Source: Malacoraja senta (taxonomy: Eukaryota). Taken from it: DNA of 64,000 bases. Positions 25,030 to 36,424 of this stretch are shown here, piece after piece. The position numbers and the translations under genes were made by a program. A model generated the notes under the pieces. That model worked only from the letters and a program-made list of their open reading frames with translations. It was not told where the DNA came from and ran no database searches. Each line of letters starts with the position of its first letter. Position 1 is the first letter of the stretch. The stretch is taken from assembly GCA_038087875.1 (NCBI GenBank), contig CM075977.1, positions 1,116,001-1,180,000 on the forward strand, given 5' to 3'.

Positions 25030-27797
25030 CATAGAAACATAGAAACATAGAAAATAGGTGCAGGAGTAGGCCATTCGGCCCTTCGAGCCTGCACCGCCAT
25101 TCAATATGATCATGGCTGATCATCCAACTCAGTATCCTGTACCTGCTTTCTCTCCATACCCCCTGATCCCTTTAGCCACAAGGGCCACATCTAACTCCCT
25201 CTTAAATATAGCCAATGAACTGGCCTCAACTACATTCTGTGGCAGAGAATTCCAGAGATTCACCACTCTCTGTGTTAAAAATGTTTTTCTCATCTCAGTC
25301 CTAAAAGATTTCTCCTTTATCCATCTAGCCTGTCCAACCCCTTAAGAATTTGGTAAGTTTCTATAAGATCCCCCCTCAATCTTCTAAATTCTAGCGAGTA
25401 CGAGCCGAGTCTATCCAGTTTTTCCTCATATGAAAGTCCTGACATCCCAGGAATCAGTCTGGTGAACCTTCTCTGTACTCCCTCTACGGCAAGAATGTCC
25501 TTCCTCAGATTAGGAGACCAAAACTGGATGCAATACTCCAGGTGTGGTCTCACCAAGACCCTGTACAACTGCAGTAGAACCTCCCTGCTCCTATACTCAA
25601 ATCCTTTTGCTATGAATGCTAACATACCATTCGCTTTCTTCACTGCCTGCTGCACCTGCATGCCTACTTTCAATGACTGGTGTACCATGACACCCAGGTC
25701 TCGTTGCATCTCACCTTTTCCTAATCGGCCATCATTCAGGTAATAGTCTACTTTCCTGTTTTGCCACCAAAGTGAATAACCTCACATTTATCCACATTAT
25801 ACTGCATCTGCCATGCATTTGCCCACTCACCCAGCCTATCCAAGTCATCTTGCAGCCTCCTAGCATCCTCCTCACAGCTAACACTGCCCCCCAGCTTCGT
25901 GTCATCCGCAAACTTGGAGATGTTGCATTCAATTCCCTCGTCCAAATCATTAATATATATTGTAAATAGCTGGGGTCCCAGCACTGAGCCTTGCGGTACC
26001 CCACTAGTCACTGCCTGCCATTCTGAAAAGGACCCGTTAACTCCTACTCTTTGCTTCCTGTCTGCCAGCCAGTTCTCTATCCACATCAATACTGAACCGC
26101 CAATACCATGTGATTTAAGTTTGTATACTAATTTCTTATGTGGGACCTTGTCGAAAGCCTTCTGAAAGTCCAGATATAACACATCCACTGGTTCTCCCTT
26201 ATCCACTCTACTAGTTACATCCTCAAAAAATTCTATAAGATTCGTCAGACATGATTTACCTTTCATAAATCCATGCTGACTTTGTCCAATGATTTCACCA
26301 CTTTCCAAATGTGCTGCTATCCCATCTTTAATAACTGACTCTAGCAGTTTCCCCACTACCGATGTTAGACTAACTGGTCTGTAATTTCCCGTTTTCTCTC
26401 TCCCTCCCTTTTTAAAAAGTGGGGTTACATTAGCTACCCTCCAATCTTCAGGAACTACTCCAGAATCTAAAGAGTTTTGAAAAATTATCACTAATGCATC
26501 CATTATTTCCGGGGATACTTCCTTAAGTACTCTGGGATGCAGCCTATCTGGCCCTGGGGATTTATCGGCCTTTAATTCATTCAATTTACCTAACACCACT
26601 TCCCGGCTAACCTGGATTTCACTCAGTTCCTCCATCTCATTTGACCCGCGGTCCCCTGCTATTTCCGGCTGATTAATTAAGTCTTCCTTAGTGAAGACAG
26701 AAACAAAGTAGTTATTCAATTGGTCTGCCATGTCCTTATTCCCCATGATCAATTCGCCTGTTTCTGACTGCAAGGGACCTACATTTGTTTTAACTAAACT
26801 TTTTCTCTTCACATATTTATAAAAACTTTTGCAGTCAGTTTTTATGTTCCCTGCCAGTTTTCTTTCATAATCTATATTCCCTTTCCTAATTAAGCCTTTT
26901 GTCCTCCTCTGCTGGACTCTGAATTTCTCCTAGTCCTCTGGTAGGCTGCTTTTTCTGGCTAATTTGTATGCTTCATCTTTTGTTTTGATACTATCCCTGA
27001 TTTCCCTTGTTATCCACGGATGCACTACCTTCCCTGATTTATTCTTTTGCCAAACTGGGATGAAAAATTGTTGTAGTTCATCCATGCAGCCTTTAAATGC
27101 CTTCCATTGCATATCCACCGTCAACCCTTTAAGAATCAATTGCCAGTCTATCTTCGCCAATTCACGTCTCATATCCTCAAAGTTACCTTTCTTTAAGTTC
27201 AGAACCCTTGTTTCTGAATTAATGATGTCACTCTCCATCCTAATGAAGAACTCAACCATATTATGGTCACTCTTGCCCAAGGGGCCACGCACAACAAGAC
27301 TGCTAACTAACCCTTCCTCATTACTCAATACCCAGTCTAGAATAGCCTGCTCTCTCGTTGGTTCCTCTACATGTTGGTTTAGAAAACTATCCCGCATACA
27401 TTCCAAGAAATCCTCTTCCTCAGCACCCCTGCCAATTTGATTCACCCAATCTATATGTAGATTGAAGTCACCCATTATAACTGTTTTACCTTTGTTGCGC
27501 GCATTTCTAATTTCCTGTTTGATGCCATCCCCAACTCCACTACTACTGTTAGGTGGCCTGTACACAACTCCCACTAGCATTTTCTGCCCCTTAGTGTTTC
27601 GCAGCTCTACCCATATTGATTCCACATCCTCCAAGCCAATGTCCTTCCTTTCTATTGCGTTAATCTCCTCTCTAACCAGCAATGCTACCAGACCTCCTTT
27701 TCCTTTCTGTCTATCCCTCCTGAATATTGAATATCCCTGGATGTTCAGCTCCCAGCCTTGGTCACCCTGGAGCCATGTCTCCGTGATCCCAACTATC
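25030..27797 (-). mobile_element. Young 5'-truncated CR1 LINE (APE endonuclease + RT), ORF2 with few lesions
   Basis: GITETW, VYRPP, MGDFN, SDH (APE); [34 protein letters not shown] (RT); (atagaaac)n tail at 25030-25051. Confidence 0.95.
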
Positions 27798-28063
27798 TGC
27801 TCTCTGGCCATCTTTCTGCTTCTCTAGGTATCCTCATTTCCAAACTTTGATCACTACTTTTCAATGAGGCAGGAATCAGAGGTATTCTGGCAATCACGAT
27901 TCTCTGCATTTACCATTAGCGAACACAAGGCATGGCCAGCAAGTTGGTGGCACTAATGACCTGCAAGGAGCGATTCTGCAAAAGCAAGAGGCCATCCTTT
28001 GAGTTTGCCAGCTTTTGCTGGCATCTTCTCCAGTGAATGTGGGAGAATAAAATGTGTTTAATG

Positions 28064-28735
28064 TAGAAGAAGGAACTGCAGATGCTGGTTTAAACTGAAG
28101 GTAGACACAAAAAGCTGGAGTAACTTAGCGGGCAGGCAGCATCTCTGGAGAGAAAGAATGTGTGGAGTTTCAGGTCGAGACCCTTCTCCAGACTGGTTAG
28201 GGATAAGGGAAACGAGAGATATAGACGGTGATGTGGAGAGATAAAGAACAATGAATGAAAGATATGCAAAAAAGTTATGATAATAAGGAAACAGGCCATT
28301 TGTAAGCTGTTTGTAGGGTGAAAATGAGAAGCTGGTGTGACTTGGTTGGGGGAGGGTTAGAGAGAGAGGGAATGCTGGGGCTACCTGAAGTGAGAGAAAT
28401 CAATATTCATACCACTGGGCTTATTGTTCTTTATCTCTCCACATCACCGTTTATATCTCTCGTTTCCCATGGTACACAAAAATGCTGGAGAAACTCAGCG
28501 GGTGCAGCAGCATCTATGGAGCGAAGGAGATAGGCAACGTTTCGGGTCGAAACCCTTCTTCAGACTCTGTGTACCTTCGATTTTCCAGCATCTGCAGTTC
28601 CTTCTTAAACATCTCTCGTTTCCCTTATCCCTAACCAGTCTGAAGAAGGGTCTCGACCTGAAACGTCACTCATTCCTCTCCAGAGATGCTGCCTGTCCCA
28701 CTGAGTTACTCCAGATTTTTGTGTCTATCTTTTGT
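28064..28735. mobile_element. Large palindromic Penelope-derived element with a second one nested inside
   Basis: Outer inverted arms about 28064-28260 / 28420-28735; inner insertion 28469-28610 flanked by the 14-bp TSD atctctcgtttccc. Confidence 0.85.
28637..28670 (+). ncRNA. Minimal type I hammerhead ribozyme motif
   Basis: agt CTGAAGA agggtctcgacct GAAAC GTC act; agt/act closes stem I and the cleavage triplet is GUC. Confidence 0.7.
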
Positions 28736-28978
28736 TTAATGTAAGACAGGTTTAATGGTTGTTGATGGTCAGGATAGACTTGATGAGCCAAAGAGCCTGT
28801 ACCTGTGCTGCCTGGTTCTAAGACACTAAGAGGTTATTACAGCAATGGGTATAGAGGCTTGGAGGTGAAGACAGAAGGATTCAGTACTTTGGTTGAGGCA
28901 ACAAGTGGGACCCAACGTCAATCTGCTTCACAGATGATCAGTTGGCTGTTCCACTTTCAGCCTTTTGTCTCATTCCAG

Positions 28979-29064
28979 CTGTTGTTGACAACAGTGTACA
29001 GCGCAGGAGTCGTTTCAGACATTATGAATCTTGGGACACAATGGGAAAGATTAAACTCACTGCG
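28979..29064 (+). CDS. Candidate internal exon of unidentified host gene (LLLTTVYSAGVVSDIMNLGTQWERLNSLR)
   Basis: Acceptor ccttttgtctcattccag, donor gtaaca, 86 nt, phase 0 to 2, compatible with the exon at 53759. Confidence 0.4.
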
Positions 29065-29084
29065 GTAACAATCCATGTCATTTA

Positions 29085-29392
29085 GCTTAGTGTGGTTTAG
29101 TTTAGAGATACAGCGCAAAAACAGGCCCATCGGCCCACCGAGTCCACACCGACCAGCGATCTCCATACACTTGCACTTATACTAGGAACAATTAACAATT
29201 TTACTGAAGCCAATTAACCTACAAACCTGTACGTTTTTGGAATGTGGGAAGAAACCGGAGATCCCTGAGAAAACCCACGTGGACACAGGGAGAACGTACA
29301 AACTCCATACAGACAGGACCCATAGTCATGATTAAACCCGCATCTTTGGCACAGGAAGGCAGCAACACTACCGCTGTGCCACTGTGCCGCCC
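29085..29392 (-). mobile_element. V/HE1-type SINE
   Basis: Complete head, core and tail on the minus strand. Confidence 0.8.
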
Positions 29393-29456
29393 AAGCTTAG
29401 CATTTAGAAGAATATAGGATGATTTGTAGGAACATTCAAGATCCTTAGGAGGCATG

Positions 29457-29575
29457 CGTAGGAAGGAACTGCAGGTGCTGGTTCAGAAGGGTCTTGACTC
29501 GAAATGTCACCCATTTCTTCTCTCCAGAGATGCTGCCTGTCCCGCTGAGTTACTCCGGCATTTTGTGTCTATCTT
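29457..29575. mobile_element. Penelope-derived short element with 13-bp TSD
   Basis: cttaggaggcatg on both sides; inserted in a CR1 3' remnant. Confidence 0.75.
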
Positions 29576-31392
29576 AGGAGGCATGACAATGTAGAAGTAG
29601 AGATGACATCACTGGTTGGAGAATCAGGAACAAGGGGATATGGTTACAACATAAGGGGCCAATCATTTAAAACGGAGCTGGATAGAAATTCCTTACTGCG
29701 GAATGTGATTCTCTGTTGTTGTGGAGCATGGATCATTTGGAGGCAGTTAAAGGTGGAGATAAGTACATTTTTGAAAGACCATGGAACTGAGGTTAGGAGG
29801 AACTGACAGGGTAGCACGCAACAAAAGCTTTCCACTGTACCTCGGTACACGTCACAATAAACTAAACTGAACTGCACTGAACAAAAAACGGATGATCATA
29901 TTGAACGGCAGAGCAGGCTCGAGGGGCTGAGTGGCCTACTCCTGCTCCTATTTTCTGGTGAGAGAGAGAGCAGCAGAGGCTTGGAGAGAACTCAAGACCC
30001 AAGCAGCTGAAGGTGCTGGAGGGGGAAGTGGTGAAGTGGTGGAGGGGGAAGGGAGTGGATGGAGGGAAGGCGGGAATCATGGTCGGGCTTGATCAATGTA
30101 CATAATGTTTCCCCGCACATTTCTTAAACTCTGTCACCCAGACGCAATGTGGATTGGGAAGAAGCAAGGAACAGCTGTATTCCTAATATTTGAAAAATGT
30201 ATAAATGCTTGGCTTGGCGATTTGGGGAATTTTAATTATCCAACCAGCACAGCTGTTACAGTGAGTTTCCCATTGTCATGGTAACAGGAAAACAAGACCA
30301 CTCCAGGTTAATGCCTTACCCGTTTCTGATTATCCTTCCTTTCAGTCAGTCTCACATTCATTTTTGGCACGGCCTATTTTAGTGTTGACTTTGACTCAAT
30401 TTATTCTGAAAGAATAAGTGCCTTTTTTTTCTTGAGATCTGGCCTTCTGCCATTGAACTGAAACCAAACCAAATGTGCATGAAGCCAGTGACCAAGCTGA
30501 TAATGAGTATAGATGATGGAGGGATTAGCTAACAGAAGGCATGCTAAATACATTAGGAGTGCATCAACAGCATGTGAAATGGGAGGAAGCTTTGGCACAG
30601 TTATGTGCCAGTGTCAAGAACACAGGAACTCAAGTAAATAGGAGCAGGAGATGACCAACAGGTCCCTCAAGCTTGCTCCGCTAGTCAATATGATCAAGGC
30701 TGATTTATGCTGATGTCAACACCTCTTTTGTGCCAGTTCCCCATGACCCTTGATCTTCAAATATTTACCCAACCCCTTTTTAAATACCCCAAAGATCTAG
30801 CCTCCACAAGCCTCAGGAACATTCCAAAGATTCACACAAAGGGTGGTGGGTGTATGGAACGAGTTGCCGGAGGAGGTAGTTGAGACTGGTACTATCGAAA
30901 TGGTTAAGAAACATTTAGACAGGTACATGGATAGGACAGGTTTAGAGGGATTTGGGCCAAATACAGGCAGGTGGCACTAGTGTAGATGGGACATATTGGC
31001 CGGTGTGTGCAAGTTCGGCCAAGGGGTCTGTTCCCACGCTGTAAGACTCTATATCTATTTGCCACGCTCTGCAAAAAGACATCTCTCTGCATCTCGGTTT
31101 CAACTAAACAGCCCCTTATCTGGAAGCTATGTCCTCCCCCATGAGTGAAAATGTCTCCACATTTACTCTGTCAAGCCTTTTTCAAATCTTAAATGTTTCA
31201 ATAAGATCACCCCTTATTGTTCTGAACTCCAAAGAATACAGCCACAATCAGTGCAGCTGCTCACGTTACGATATTCCATTCATCTCAGGAATCAGCCTGG
31301 TGGGTCCTCTTGAGAACTTCCTCGAATTTTATCTTCTTAAGTATGGGGACCAAAACTGTGCACTGCCTCATCGACACCCTGAATAACTGTAA

Positions 31393-31651
31393 AGGGCCTG
31401 TCCCACTTACACGACCTAATTCACGACCTCTGCTGAGTTTGCCCTTGACTCATACTCGCAGCATGGTCGTCACGAGGTTGTAGGAGGTCGTCACGAGGTT
31501 GTAGGAGGTCGTAGGTAGGTTGTAGGTAGGTCGTTATGCTAGTCGTAGGTACATGTGGCATCACGTAGGTCGGGGCGTTTTTCTAGTCTGATGAAAAATG
31601 TCCATGAGTAAAAAAGGTAATGAATTAGGTCGTGAAAGTGGGACAGGCCCT
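31393..31651. mobile_element. PIF/Harbinger-type MITE
   Basis: Perfect 16-bp TIR agggcctgtcccactt / aagtgggacaggccct; TAA TSD; internal gtagg/gtcgt repeats. Confidence 0.88.
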
Positions 31652-31732
31652 TAACAAAGCCTCCCTACTCTTAAAACACAAACCATCGTGCAATAAAGGC
31701 CAACATGCCTTTTGTCCTCTTAACTACTCACT

Positions 31733-32259
31733 TAGGGTTGCCTACTGTCCCGTGTTAGCCGGGACATCCTGTATATTGGCCTAAATTGGTTTGTCCCATA
31801 TGGGACCACCCTTGTCCCATATTTGACTGTTACCACTCGGGTTGAGGGGACTGTTGGGTCGGAGCGCCGCATCCAGCCCCGTCTCACCCATCCCGACATA
31901 GTGCAGCCCATGGAGTGCAGCAGCAGAGCCTCGCCCGTGGCCCTGTCAGTCGGCAGCCTGGCCATCTGTCCGACCTTCGGACAAGCTAACTGCCGACACC
32001 ACCACCCTGTTTCTCACGGCAGATCATTGGTTCATGAGTTGGATGGGGTGCCGGACTTTGCGCACAACGTCACACGCCCCCGGCATCCGGGCCAAAACTC
32101 CTCAGCTGGCCCGCCGGCTGGGCACATACAGTCCAGCACCCGGGCCAACTCATCATTCACCCAGCCACGGCCGAGTCGGTCAACATATTGCCGTCGGGAA
32201 TTTGTCCCTTATTTTGACCTTTTGTCCCTTATTTGGGAGTGAGAAAGTTGGCAACTCTA
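31733..32259. mobile_element. hAT-type non-autonomous DNA transposon
   Basis: TIR tagggttgcctact / agttggcaactcta; 8-bp TSD tactcact / tactcgct; subterminal tgtccc repeats. Confidence 0.82.
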
Positions 32260-32599
32260 TACTCGCTGCACCTTCTACTGACATTCTTGCACTGAAACTG
32301 ACTCATACACTGTGAATAACTGTGAGGATCTGAGCACTTGTTAAAAGACAGGAGTGGAAAAGATGAAGAAGAGGAACCTTTGCACCCACTGCCGAGATAA
32401 TGATGACATCTCTGGCCACTCCAGGACATGGAAGATCTAAAACGGTGCCGTGGTCTTTCCTTGGTGAACCTGTGGAATTCTCTACCACAATGGAGACCAG
32501 CCTGGTGAATCTCTGCAGCACAATCACAGCCTTGCTATAGCTTGGTGAACAGAACTGCATGCAGTACTCCAAGTGTGGCCAGACTAATGCTATATTAAA

Positions 32600-32812
32600 T
32601 GTGCAGGAAGGAACTTCAGATGTTGGTTTACACCAAAGACAGACACAAAATGCTGGAGTATCTTAGCGGGACAGGCAGCATCTCTGGATAGAAGGATTGG
32701 GTGACGTTTTGGGTCGAGACCCTTCCTCAGACCGACCCGAAACGTCACCCATTCCTTCTATCCAGAGATGCTGCCGGTCCCGCTGAGTTCCTCCAGCATT
32801 TTGTGTCTATCT
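32600..32812. mobile_element. Palindromic Penelope-derived short element with TSD
   Basis: Inverted arms centred at about 32730; taatgctatat on both flanks. Confidence 0.85.
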
Positions 32813-33734
32813 TTAATGCTATATGAAGTTGTGCTAAGCTTCTCTGAGGAAGCACTAGGATGTATCCTAGGGAGGGGGCAGAATGTGCCTCATGTCAGGC
32901 CCTTGCTACTGGCTGCCATCAGCCTGATGAAACGGACATTTGAATGCATACTTTCCCCACCTCTTGGAGTGTTTTGCAGCAATGTTGTGATGTAGAAATG
33001 TTGAGGGACTGTTTCAGCAAGATTGATCAAGGGATAGGTATTGGTCTTGGGACAACACTGCTATTTTTATTTTGTTTGCACTGTCAGCTGTCGTGCCGAT
33101 TACGTCCACTTGAGAGGGCAGGAGGGATCGCCATGTGACAGCAGGTCTGGAAGACAGCAGTGCACTGAGGAACCGGCAAGGTGAGGCTTGAAGCCAAGGC
33201 TTTCCCGCTCAATGGGCAAGGGGGCTACCCACTCAGTCAGGGCAGGTACAATCTGGTCACACCAGAGTGCATCGGTGTGTCAGGTTTACTTCCAACTCTG
33301 TGTAAACACTGAGGGCAGCACGTATTTGAAGGTTGAAGCAATCTGTTTGGTCATGGCCCCTAGAGACCTGACTGACTGGGTGGGAATCCCGGTTTGTGTT
33401 TACATTCGCTTGTGGTCCGGTTGTCTGTGATTGCTGCCCTTGTTTGATTTCCAGAAGGTCACTGCTGCTGCCTTGCTCCCCTTCAGGTATCAGTCTAGGG
33501 TGTCCTCCTGGGAGCTGGCTCGGTGTTAGTGAGAGGAATTGAACTGTGACCGCTGCATTGTAACCGAGTTACCAGGACTAATTGAGCAACTTGATGGATA
33601 TTAAACGTGCATCATCTGAATTAGCTGTGAAAACAATGAAGCAATGAACGATCTTCATTGTTCTTCTGAACTACTTCAGCAGCTCCTTGGATCTTTACTG
33701 AAGCGTGGAATATTCTTGTTAAACAGTCCTGAAT

Positions 33735-33959
33735 NNNNNNNNNNNNNNNNNNNNNNNNNNNNNNNNNNNNNNNNNNNNNNNNNNNNNNNNNNNNNNNNNN
33801 NNNNNNNNNNNNNNNNNNNNNNNNNNNNNNNNNNNNNNNNNNNNNNNNNNNNNNNNNNNNNNNNNNNNNNNNNNNNNNNNNNNNNNNNNNNNNNNNNNNN
33901 NNNNNNNNNNNNNNNNNNNNNNNNNNNNNNNNNNNNNNNNNNNNNNNNNNNNNNNNNNN
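33735..33959. other. Assembly gap
   Basis: Run of N. Confidence 1.
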
Positions 33960-34139
33960 AATCAAACAGGCTGTCAAACTGCCTGACTAGCAGGCTGATC
34001 TGTGCTCTCAGCAGAAACCTATAGCTGAGTCAAGGCAGGAGTGAGCTGTTGGGAAGCAGAAACCTCTTCTTCAGCTCAGCCACTAAAGTCACGGTGCATA
34101 TGGCTCAAATTAGAGAGTCGTAGAGAGTCGGGTTGAGTT

Positions 34140-34790
34140 CAAAGGACAAAGGACAAAGGACATTTATTGTCACATACACCATTTCTGGTGTAGTGAGATT
34201 TGAGTTGCCATTTGCAGCACACCAATAAAAGTAAGACACCACATTAAAAAAGAATGGAACATAAAACATAAAAACATCCCCCCACAATGGTTCCCACTGT
34301 GAGGGATGGCACAAAGTCCAGTCCTCTTCCCCTTGTTCACCCATGGTCGGGCCTATTGAGGCCTCCGCAGTCGCCGCAACGCCGGCCCGATGTTCAGGCC
34401 CTCTCGCCGGATGATGGGGCTTCGGCGTTGGGAGAGCACTCTTCAGCGGCTTGGAGCGTCTGGAACGGCCGCTTGCTGCCAGAAACCACGGCTCCCGAAG
34501 TCCACAGGCCGCGCTGGTCGGAGCTCCAACACTGCCGATCTCGGCGAGAGATCCCAGGATCCGCGGTGTTCAGAGTCAGCGCCGCCATGGCTGGAAGCTC
34601 CACAACGACAGCTCCGCGACGTTGGGAGTCGGCGGTCTCAGCACTCGGCACTCGGCGATCCGGGCAAGGCATCACCCGCATAAAAAGTATAAGACCTCCA
34701 AACGAACTTTTAACATATTAAAACTTTTTAAAAGGGGTGAAAGGACGGATAGGTGCGGGCTGGGCAGCCATACTCGACGGCGCCCCCTCG
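34140..34790 (-). mobile_element. Non-autonomous LINE-derived element with GC-rich core and (aaaggac)n tail
   Basis: Tail aaaggacaaaggacaaaggacatttattgtcac; ends shared with 3034-3375 and 51725-52470. Confidence 0.65.
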
Positions 34791-34844
34791 GACAGAAAAT
34801 TATCGTATGCACAAATACGGGTACAAGTACAATTTAAAAAATAG

Positions 34845-35155
34845 AATTTAGACTTTAGAAATACAGCGCTGAAACAGGCTCTTCAGCCCACTGAGTCTGC
34901 CCCGACCACTGATCACCCCGTCCATACCCAAGCATTATCCTACACACTAGGGACAATTTTTTACAATTTTACCAAAGCCAATTAACTTACAAAGGTACGT
35001 CTTTGGAGTTTGAGAGGAAACTGGAGCAACCAGAGACAACCGTGGTCATAGGGAGGAAGTACAAATTCCCTACAGACTGCACCCGAGGTCAGGATCGAAC
35101 TGAGGTCTCTGGCGCTGTAAGGCAGCAACTCTACCACTGTGCCACTGCGCTGCCC
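34845..35155 (-). mobile_element. V/HE1-type SINE
   Basis: Complete reverse-complement copy with (tttagac) tail. Confidence 0.8.
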
Positions 35156-35189
35156 TTGCTTGCAGCAACATCACAGATACATACAACAT

Positions 35190-35315
35190 CACTGAAGGTC
35201 TCGACTCAAAACGTCGCCAATTCATTCCCTCCATAGATGCTGCCTAACCCGCTGAGTTTCTCCAGCATTTTTTGTCTACCTTCGATTTCTCCAGCATCTG
35301 CAGTTCTTCCTTAAA
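35190..35315 (+). mobile_element. Penelope-derived short element with 17-bp flanking direct repeat
   Basis: aacatcacagatacata before (about 35167) and after (about 35314). Confidence 0.75.
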
Positions 35316-36035
35316 CATCACAGATACATAGTCTTTGACATCAAGCAAAAACAAATTGTACATAAATTACACATAAAGTTTCTAAAAGAAAGAGATATTA
35401 GTGCAAAGCACAATTAGAGATAGAAAAACAATCCACACTGGTGCAAGAGTGTTCCTTTATCAAGATAGGATTAGGGCTGTGCAGGTCAGTTTAAGAACCG
35501 GATAGTTGTAGGGAAGTAGCTGTTCTTAAACCTGGTGATGTTTGACATGAGGCTTCTGTCTCCCTGCCCAATAGTCATACTGCACAGAAACAGATCCTTC
35601 AGTCCACCAAACTTGTGCCAACCACTGATCACGCATTTACCCCAATACTGTCCTAACCCATTTTATTCTCCCCACATTCCCATCAACTGCCACACTCCAG
35701 GCGTCAACACTCACTGACACATTCAGGGTAATTTACAGCGGCTAATGAATCACTGGCCTTCATGTCTTTGGGATGTGGAAGGAAAAGAGAGCACCTGGGG
35801 GAAAACCAGGTGGTCACAGAGAACATGCAAACTGCACTCAGAACTGTGAATGGCAGAGCTCTGGATTGTAGAGCAGAATAATCTAGGATTGCAGGTACAT
35901 AGTTTCCTCAAAGTGGCATAACAGCTAGATAGGGCGGGAAAGAAGGCTTTTGGTACATACAGTAGGTCTTTGTCAGTCAGGGTGTTGTACAGAAGTTGGG
36001 ATGTTATGTTGCAGTTGTACAATAAGTTGGTGAGG

Positions 36036-36424
36036 CAATAGACAATAGACAATACACAATAGACAATAGGTGCAGGAGTAGGCCACTTGGCCCTTCGAGC
36101 CAGCACCGCCATTCACTGTGATCAATGCTGATCATCCACAATCAGTATCCCGTTCCTGCCTTCTCCCCATATCCCTTGACTCTGCTATCTTTAACAGCTC
36201 TATCTAACTCTCTCTCGAAAGCATCCAGAGAATTGGCCTCCACTGCCTTCTGAGGCAGAGAATTCCACAGATTCACAACTCTCTGGGTGAAAAGGTTTTT
36301 CCTCATCTCTGTTCTAAATGGCCGACCCCTTATTCTTAAACTATGGGCCCTGGTTCTGGATTCCCCCAACATCGGGAACATGTTTCCTGCCTCTAGCGTG
36401 TCCAATTGCTTAATAATGTTATAT
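36036..36424 (-). mobile_element. CR1 3' fragment
   Basis: ORF ...SRTRAHSLRIRGRPFRTEMRKNLFTQRVVNLWNSLP; (caataga)n tail. Confidence 0.88.

Noticed and set aside
33621-34024. ORFs spanning the N run (also 59321-59862)
   Set aside because: Artefacts of assembly gaps.
34287-34837. GC-rich ORFs (also 52114-52680 and 31823-32242) as host genes
   Set aside because: They lie within interspersed repeats and have no protein-family motifs.
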